A stretch of DNA of 36,436 nucleotides, taken from IMG/VR virus record IMGVR_UViG_3300043177_000240, positions 1-36,436 of that record. One strand, given 5' to 3'. The position numbers and the translations under genes were made by a program. The notes below the pieces were generated by a model. The model had not been told where the DNA came from and ran no database searches. It was given only the letters and a program-made list of their open reading frames with translations. Of this stretch, positions 25,512-34,100 are shown one piece after another; within the stretch, counting starts at the first letter, position 1; every line of letters begins with the position of its first letter. This stretch comes from a virus (taxonomy: Duplodnaviria > Caudoviricetes).

Positions 25512-25888
25512 TGCTGCAACGCCTCCAGCTCTGCGAGTAACTGGTCGACGACCGACAGGTACATGCCGGCCTCGATCACGGCGCCGTTGACATAGGCCGT
25601 ATCCGCGATCGTCAATACCTCACGGGCCGCTTCCACCGCGCGCTGCACGCGCGTCGCACGCTCCAGCTCGGCCTGCACCTGCGCGCGCGTCAGATCGTCG
25701 TTGACGATCTGCATCTTCCGCACGGCCGCATCGAGGTCGTTCGCCGCGATGATGGATATCCCCGCGATGGCCGAATACCCGGCCGCCAGCCGCTCGGCAG
25801 TCGTATCCACCTGCCTCAGAAGCGTGCAACCGGCCAGCGCCAGCGCCAGCGATACGAACAGCCCGTAAACGTGCCACCGGGCCTTCAT
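25508..25888 (-). CDS. Lipoprotein (possible spanin-like component)
   Basis: MKARW + hydrophobic stretch + lipobox LAGC, followed by a helical body. The ATG overlaps the holin stop. Confidence 0.72.
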   Translation of the reverse strand: MKARWHVYGLFVSLALALAGCTLLRQVDTTAERLAAGYSAIAGISIIAANDLDAAVRKMQIVNDDLTRAQVQAELERATRVQRAVEAAREVLTIADTAYVNGAVIEAGMYLSVVDQLLAELEALQQ

Positions 25889-26091
25889 ACGAGCCCGCCC
25901 AGCGGACCCTGCGCCCGCTTGCGGCCGTACGCCGCGATGGCCACACCGACGGGCTGCGCCAGATCGATCATCGCATCGACGATCTGCGGCGCCAGCGCTG
26001 AATCCACGCCAGCCCGGTCGAGAATCCACGCAATCAGCGTGATCGCGAGCCCCCATATCGTTGTCGATTGGACCCATGTTTTCGTGTTCAT
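25885..26091 (-). CDS. Holin-like membrane protein
   Basis: AAGGAG RBS. K.W.QS.TIWG + TM1, then TM2 ending A.YGR..A, a common small phage holin-like pattern. Confidence 0.7.
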   Translation of the reverse strand: MNTKTWVQSTTIWGLAITLIAWILDRAGVDSALAPQIVDAMIDLAQPVGVAIAAYGRKRAQGPLGGLV

Positions 26092-26111
26092 CGTCATCTC
26101 CTTCTGTGTCA

Positions 26112-26567
26112 CTACGGATTGCCTCTCCACTCGCGCGGCCCGATCTTGTCGATATCGTCCACGCGTCGATCAATATGCCCGATCTCGCCCTCGAGCCGCG
26201 ACAGCCGACTCTGCACTCGGTCACGCCGCTCGACTTCACGCCGCAGGTCTGACTTGATCTCATTTATCGCCGATGTCAGCGGCGCGACGGATTGCGCCAG
26301 AACAAATCCGCCCAGTGATCCCACCAGGACCGCTGCGGCGATGGCCGGCGAGATGATGGCGAGTATGGACGGCGGACGATTCCGCTCGAGGGCGTCGGCG
26401 AGCCGTTCCGCCGTGCTCTCAGCGCCAGCAACGCGAGCCGCGAGCTCGGCGAGGTCCTTGCCGATGTCGCTAATCTCTCTATCACGCCGTTCGCTCCGTT
26501 CGATGATGCGCTGCTCGATTTCCGCGACGCGCGCCGACAGGTCATATCCGTCCTTGTCACCCGCCAT
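26112..26567 (-). CDS. Coiled-coil protein with one central TM helix (lysis-cassette associated)
   Basis: ILAIISPAIAAAVLVGSLGGFVLA flanked by heptad-rich segments. GGAG RBS. Confidence 0.65.
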   Translation of the reverse strand: MAGDKDGYDLSARVAEIEQRIIERSERRDREISDIGKDLAELAARVAGAESTAERLADALERNRPPSILAIISPAIAAAVLVGSLGGFVLAQSVAPLTSAINEIKSDLRREVERRDRVQSRLSRLEGEIGHIDRRVDDIDKIGPREWRGNP

Positions 26568-26581
26568 ACCTCGCGCTCCGC

Positions 26582-28183
26582 CTATACATCCGCCACCGTC
26601 CCGCTGGCCGTGAAATTGCCGCCCGTGCCGCGATTGGTTCCGGCGTTCCAGTCGGAGGCCTTGTCATAGACCCCCGCGACGCTCTCGCCGACCAGTATGA
26701 TCGGCGTGCCCACGCCCCACTGGCTGACGGACTGGAGCAGATGACTCCGGACGGTTGCGCTGCCGAGATCGACGTAGGCCGTGCTGTCCGCAGCCATCGC
26801 CAGAGCCACCAGACTCACCTCGCTGCCGAGATCATAGTTACCGGTGGTCGCCTCGCCGATGTACCACGTATCAGCGGACATCTCCATTCCCGTCGTCGGG
26901 GCGGTCGTGACGGTCGCTGTGTTCTGCGTCCACGTCTGCGACTCGTAATCGTAGTGCCATAGCTGCAGATCACCCGTCGCGCCGTTGCCCGACGCGACGA
27001 TCAGCAGCCGCTGGTAGTACGGCAGTATCGTGCCGTTGGGATTCCCGACGGATGCCCCGATGCCGAACGTCGGATTCCCGTTGACGTCGGTCCCGCTCAC
27101 AGCGATGCGATTGTTCTCGCTCAGCGTCAGATTCATTTGCACCTGACCCTGCGAGGCGTTGTCCTGCCCGCGCAGGATGATCTGCCGCGCAGCCGGAATG
27201 ATCCGTATGCGCGCTGCGAGCAGGAACGACGTGAGACTTGCTGGTTGCCCGGTCAGCGCCCCCGACCGGCTCAGGTACACGTGATCGTCCGCCACGAACC
27301 GAACCCACCCGTGCGCGTTCGTCAACGGCCCGTTCGCCACAGTCCACTGCGGCCACGTGCCTGCGTGATAGCCATCGTTCCAGCCCTTCGCGGCATCGCT
27401 CGTGTAATCCGAGTTCGCCCGCTGCCCGCGCGCGAAGTCGAGCAGCGCGCGGTGCCCGGCCGGCACCTGCCCCGCGGCGAATGTCGCCACCTGCCCCGCC
27501 GAACACCACGCATCGGTGAGGATCAGATCCGCCAGCTCGCCGCCCAGCGCGGATGCTGACGGCGACGGCCCGGACCCTATGCGCAGCGTAGTCGCAGCCG
27601 ACAGGCCGATCTCGCCTTCCTCACCCCAGATCGCACCCGATCCGGGATCGAGGTCGTCAGTGGTCTCGGATACGCCGTCGACGAAGATCACGAACCCGCC
27701 CGCGCCGTCGTTGAGGGAGCGATCGGCAGTGGCCACGATATGCGCCGCCTGCGTGGCCGGATCACCGATGGTCGTCGGGACCGTGAATGTGCTGATGCTC
27801 AGGTTCTGCGTTGGGGTCAGTCCCGTGCCGTCAGAACGACCGAATGTAACGGAAATCTTATTCGCCGTATTGCGCGCCACGACCAGATAGGCCGTTGTGC
27901 CCGTGAAGGCCCGAAACACCATTTGTGTGGTGGCATCATCGCTGCGCATCCGCATCCGGAACGATATCGTGAACGCGCTGATGTCGGACAGTCCCGGCGA
28001 GGTTATCTCCAAGTACTGCTGCGAGGCGCGAGTGAAACGCACGAAATTGCGCGCCGATACGTCCGCCTCGACGGAACTCGATTCCATCCCCACACCGGCG
28101 CGAACCAGCAACAGATAACGCCGCAGGTCATCTGCGCTGACCCCCGGCGTCATGGCCTGCTGGTCTTCGGGTAATTCAATCAT
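26582..28183 (-). CDS. Receptor-binding/tail protein with two LamG (concanavalin A-like) domains
   Basis: Two repeats, each F......YL...G.....FT/FL...R...IG......A, with HIVAT and FVDGV in the first. T/G/S/N-rich. Confidence 0.7.
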   Translation of the reverse strand: MIELPEDQQAMTPGVSADDLRRYLLLVRAGVGMESSSVEADVSARNFVRFTRASQQYLEITSPGLSDISAFTISFRMRMRSDDATTQMVFRAFTGTTAYLVVARNTANKISVTFGRSDGTGLTPTQNLSISTFTVPTTIGDPATQAAHIVATADRSLNDGAGGFVIFVDGVSETTDDLDPGSGAIWGEEGEIGLSAATTLRIGSGPSPSASALGGELADLILTDAWCSAGQVATFAAGQVPAGHRALLDFARGQRANSDYTSDAAKGWNDGYHAGTWPQWTVANGPLTNAHGWVRFVADDHVYLSRSGALTGQPASLTSFLLAARIRIIPAARQIILRGQDNASQGQVQMNLTLSENNRIAVSGTDVNGNPTFGIGASVGNPNGTILPYYQRLLIVASGNGATGDLQLWHYDYESQTWTQNTATVTTAPTTGMEMSADTWYIGEATTGNYDLGSEVSLVALAMAADSTAYVDLGSATVRSHLLQSVSQWGVGTPIILVGESVAGVYDKASDWNAGTNRGTGGNFTASGTVADV

Positions 28184-31100
28184 GGCAGTGCCCCGACCGC
28201 CGTCTGCCGGACAGTCTGACGTGCACGGATCGTCTCCGCGAGTATCTCAGGACGACGCCACAGCCAGGCCATACGTGCGTGGTCCGTGGTGCGTTCGAAT
28301 AACTGATTCAGTACGCTGCGTGCCGCCTCGGGATTTTCCGACATCAGATGCTTGAACTGCGGCGAACGAACCACCGGCGTGAGCTGTATCTGCCGTACCC
28401 GGCCGATGTAAGCGGCGAAATCCTCGTAATCCGCATCACTCAGCGTCACGCCCTGTATTTTCCGTGTCGGCCGACCCTTGGTCAGACCGAGAGACAGCAT
28501 CGTCTGCGTCAGCGCATCATCACGCACCGGCGAGATCGCGACAGGAACGCCTATCGTGGCGGTTTGCTGGATCGGCTCGCCGCCAAAGTCGATCCGCTTC
28601 GCCAGCTTCTCCCGCACCAGCGGGATGCGTTCCCGGATCGCATCCAGCACGCCCCGCGCTTCACGCGCGTAAGGGTCATGCGTCCTGGCCACCTGACCCA
28701 ACAGCGAACTGGCCGGCAGCAACGATGCCCCATACGAGGCAACCCACTGCTGCCCGTAACGCTCGGGATCCGTGACAAACTGCGCGAAATCCGCCACACC
28801 ACGCAGAAATGTCTTATCACCCAGATTGAGCATGATCGACGTCACCAGCAACGACGGAATGCGCTGCACGTCTTCCCGATCGAAATAACCGATCAGATCA
28901 GCCATGTCGGCAGCAAGACCGATGATCACTCCCAACGGCTCGAGACGGCTGTAACGATAGTAACGATTCCCGATGCGCACGGAATACGGTTGCCAGCCCA
29001 TCCGTTGCAGCATGGCGCGTTCTTCCCGATCGTCCGGTCCGGCGCCGGTCAGCAGTCCGAGCATCGCCAGCGCCATGGCGCCGGTCATCATCGCGGTGCC
29101 CAGACTCATACGGCCACGCGCCAGAGCGACGTCCCTGGCATGGCCTTCGCCAGACAACAACCGACGAGTCTGGGCGCGCAGCAAGCCCGCCGGCGTGTAA
29201 TCGAGAGCCGTCTTGATGATGTTGACCGGCGTGCGGACGAATGGCGCGATTAACTGCAGAAACTTCGACCGTGTCCGCAACGCCACAAACTGCGAACCCA
29301 AAGGCCCTAGCTTGTCCTGGAACGTCGCATGACGCGCCGCATCGCGTGCCCGCGACAGCCATTCCGGGCGGTTGAGCACATTCGCCATGTTCTGCCTGAA
29401 CACCGGCAGCGGATCGTCCGGCGAGCGGCGTAAGGCATCACCCATCGCAATGTCGGCCAGCTCGGCGTAATACGCGATCGACTTGAAGAATTCATCCTCT
29501 GCGCCCAGCGCCCGCCACGGCGTGCGAACCCAGTGGCCTGCCTGCCCGCCAATGGCTTTTCCGGTCTGGAAGGGTTCGTGCGCCACCACTCCCGGCGTGA
29601 CGGACGACTCCTCATGCAACCAGTAATGACGTGCATTGCGCAGCCCCAGATATGTGCCGTAGCTCAACGCCTTGAAGCGCGCTACCACGCGACGGGTGTC
29701 GTAATCCTTAGTCATCAGCGCGCCCAACGCGCCGGACACCTCATCGAGCACGCGGAACACCGCATTACTGGATATGTTGACGGCATGCGTCGTCAACCCG
29801 GACAACAGCCCGTTCTGCCAGTATTCGTAAAACTTATCCCACCAGGTCGGAGTATAGGACGCGCGCGTCAGACCGATGACCTGATCCGGTGTTTCAGCCG
29901 CCGCCACGCGCAGCGCAAAATCCTGCAGCACCTGCTCACTACCGCCGCCCATTGCTTCCAGTACGGCGTTGGCGTCATCCAGTATCCGTTTCTGCTTGGC
30001 AATGATGTTCAGCGCACGGCCTGCTTCAGTGTGATAGCCCATGACGGGCGCCAGCAGTAACCCCAGCTTTTCTCTCATTTCCGCCAGCGCCAGCAGATCA
30101 TCCTTACTGCCGGTTCGCGCTGCGCGGCGCGCCAGATCCATCAGATTCTTCGTGACGGTGGCCAGCATGATGCCGAATTCTTCAAGCTGTACGGCATTGA
30201 CCACGGAACCAGGACGGCGCTTCAGCAGAGAATCAAGGTCAACGCTAAACTGCTCCCGTATGCGCTCGATGGCCGCCTGTTCGGTCGCTTCCCACGATTG
30301 CGCCTGACGCCCGCCACGCTGCTTCTCAATAGCGCTGTCGAAATTCAGCATGACCTGCTCCAGCAACGCCTGTTCCGCGTCACTCAGCAGGCCAAACTCG
30401 CGCATCGAGTATTCGCCACCACCGGAGTGCACATTGCGCGGACCGTCCCGCTCCGCGTCCGGCTGCCAGTGCGGCTGCTGCTCACGCACCATCGTCCCGG
30501 AGGCATCGGCAATCATGGCCTGCAGCCCGGCCAGCACGTCCTGCTCCACCTCGCTGTTCCACCCGGCAGGCGAACGCAACGCCTCCTCGGCGCGACTGAG
30601 CTGCGTGCGCAGAGCCGCACGGAATCCCTCAGGGAAAACCAGTCCGCTATTGGCCAGGGCATGCAATCGGCCAATCAGATCGGCCGGACTCATCTGCCCG
30701 GCATTGCCGCCCTCATACTGCGAAATCAGCACCGCAACCGCGCGCCGGCCATCGGCGCGCAGCGCATCCGCTGTGAGCAGATCACCCTGCCGCCAGGGCG
30801 GCAACGAAGCCGAACCGCCCGGCGCGGGCAGACTGAACATCGCGGCTTCCTGCTGCTGCAGTTCCGCCTGCGGATCCCGCGATCCCTGCGGCTGCGTCGT
30901 CCAGCCAAACAGATCCTGACCGGCCATCTGCGGCGGAATGGGCCGACCCAGATTGTCCACCTCACGCAACGGCAGCGCGCCCTGACCGCTCGTCAGCTCA
31001 GCCTCCGTCGCCTGCTCATGATCCTGTACGGCCATCGCCCCCTGCGCCAGGGTCTGTAACTGACCGGTCTGGACGTTGATCCACCGGGCCCCCGCATGCC

Positions 31101-34100
31101 AGGCGCGGGCTACCGCCTCGGGCGTCATGACCACCCGGCCGGATGGCCCCTCAGCGGATGAGGACGACACGTCCTTATTGCGGTACCGGACAAACTCCCA
31201 TAACGATACCCACGGCCCGTCATTACGCCGCGGCACGACCACCCCGGGCTCGATCAGCACCTGGTCCGCGCCAATCTCCTGCGGCGGCGGCAGGTACGGA
31301 CCCGCCGGCTCCGCGACGCGCGTCGCCGACAGCAGTTCATCCGCATTGCGTCCGGTGAACTGGTTAACCACCCGTACATCGCGGTAAGGGTCCAACACCA
31401 CGACATTACGATATGGATTATCCCGCTCGAGGTTGGGATCCCTGTAGACCATCGTGCGAATCCCACGGGACAACAGCCAGCGTGAAGCGTGTTCCGCCAC
31501 AGACCCCGGCTGGTCACCTTCCAGCGGCATGGTCTGAGGAGCATGTTCCGCAAGGCTCTCCAGCGCCCGATAAAGCCCCTGCCCCGTGAGCTTGCCGGTC
31601 GGCGCCATGGCGATAAACCGCAATGACGGCGGCCCATTCATCGCTGCCCGAACCAGCGAAGGCAACAGGCGAAAATCATCCGTGAATGGCCCAGCACCAC
31701 GCAGCTTGCGCACCACGTCCGGTTGCTGGTCCAGAGGCTGATCCAGATTCAGCGAAGCATCCTTCTGTAATGCCGCTGAGGAAATGTCGACTTCGTACAG
31801 CACGGGGAGGCTTTCCCGGAACTGCACCACTCCGGATTTCAGCAACCGTGCGGCCAGAATCGTCACCGCTTCACTGGCCGTAAGCCAGTCATCACCATAC
31901 TGACGGCGCGCACGATCCTCCGGCGCATGCAGCTCTGCCACCTCCGCTAAAATGCTCCGCGCCTCGAGATCCAGGACATCCGCCTGATCGCCATACAGCT
32001 CGATGCGTGAACGCACCCGGTCCGCCAGCGTGCGCAGGTTTTTTTCGTTGCGACGCACACTGATCGTCGCGTTCGGGTGCTGTTCCGCGTTGAATCTCTG
32101 CACTTCCTCCCATACCCTGGCCACGTAACGATTTGTCGCTTCCTGCTGCTGCGCATCCGCGCCCGCCAGACCCTTTCTCAGCGGCACACCATCAAACAAC
32201 GGCTCCATTGGTTCGCGGAACAGCCGGTAGTAATACATCCCCAGATCGCGGCTCTCGCTGAAATACATGCCCCAACCGTAAGCTTGATGGCCTTCACCAC
32301 TGCCGACATATTCAACGCGGAACCGGTCAAACTGCTGCTTGCTGGCATGCCAGGCCGGTTCCCGTACCCCGTAAAGCCCAGCCAGGTAAGACCACCTGCT
32401 GGAGACCGGCATCACCACGTGGGCATGCTGATAGATGGACTGCTCAGTCTGCGTGTTCACCACATCGATCAGCAGACCGTCATTCACCAGCTCCACCAGC
32501 TCGGCGGAATCCTCCGGTTTTGCCGTGATCGCTACCAAGAAATGCGCGTCCGAGCCGCCGACATGGGACGCGCCCGTATGACGCCAGAATCGCCGCAGTC
32601 TGGCCCTGACCCGATGCCGCGCCAGCGGATCAGCAAGCCGCGCAGTCAGCAGTCCGAGAGGAAATTCTGCAGCCGCACGGACATTGCCTCTGGCGCCGAC
32701 GGATACCAGCGTAACGAAACCGGGCCGCCTGCCACGATCACCATGCAGCGCCCTGGCGACACGAACGACGCTGAGCTGATTCGTAATAGTCGTGCCCAGC
32801 ACCTGATGCGGAATTTCGGCGTCATATCGCGGTGACGTAATGGGTACCGGCACCACGGGACCCCGATGATTAGGACTGATCACCGAATACTCGTCCTGAT
32901 CTATGACGACGTGCCCCTTAAGAGCCGACCCCTGCCCCACAGACGACATGAGCATGTTGAACACGTTGGTAAACGCGACGTCAGCGGTTGAAGGCGAAGA
33001 ACGCCCGCTCGGATGGTTATGCATCATCCAGATCGAATCAGCCCCGGATTGCTGAAACTGCTGGACGATATCCAGCATCAGCGCCTCTGACGCAGACGCT
33101 CTGCGCGAGTTATACGAAGACATTTCCCGTACTGACTGCGCGGCCTGCTGATACACGCGACGCCCGCCCGGCACGACGCCGAAATTCACGAAACCCGGCA
33201 TGCGGGAACTGAATGCTGTGTGATGCACGATCCTGCCGCGACGAACGAAGAAAAACCGTACCGTCTCGAACCGGTTGTCGCGCAATACCTGCGCCAGGGT
33301 GGCCAGATCATGCGCATTGCGCACAGTCGCGCCAACCAGCGCACTACCGCTGCCTTCACTCCAATCTTTCCACAGGTCAGAAGCCAGCAGCCGCGCTCCG
33401 GCGCTGATGTCGCGATAGAACACCGCTTTGGCCGCCATCAGCCCGGTTTTCTTCTGCGCCAGCGTGGTGCCTGGCCGCAAGGGTATCTGCGGCCCATAAA
33501 ACACGCCGGCAGGATCCGGCTGCGACGCCGGTCGGTTCGTTACGCGCTGTCCGGGAGGACCGACCGAGAGTCCTTCTTCGACTCGAACGCCACCTTGCGC
33601 CTGGTCAGGATCCGATCGATTTCCGTCAGGAAGTCTTTCAGATGCTGATCGTTCTGCTGCGACGCCTGATACGGAGAGTACATCGTCCAGGAATAGCCGA
33701 ACATCCTGAATAATTCTCGAAAGCTCTCCCGCTCGTCTGGGTACAGTTCCGGCCACATCCTGGCCAGTTCCAGCAGAGGCCGCACCGATAAGCTCATCGA
33801 GTCGGGTGCTGAGTTCATGTAGTTTTTCCTTGAGCGCAATGACTAGCTGCTGTTTCGTCCTGACATTAGTACCAAACACGGCGGACCGCAACACCGCCTG
33901 AGTCGGTTTACCGAAAAAGCAGCCGAAACCGCCGTTCTTGTCACATTGCGTGCAGTTCCACGACTTCTTCTTGTCAGGGGACGGCAGTTTTTTGATTCCA
34001 GCATCGATCGGACAGACATATGGCCGGACAGACGGCAGAGAACGCTTCAGCGACTGCAGCTCTTCACGGCTCAGCAGACGGTGGCCAAGCTTGACCGGCA

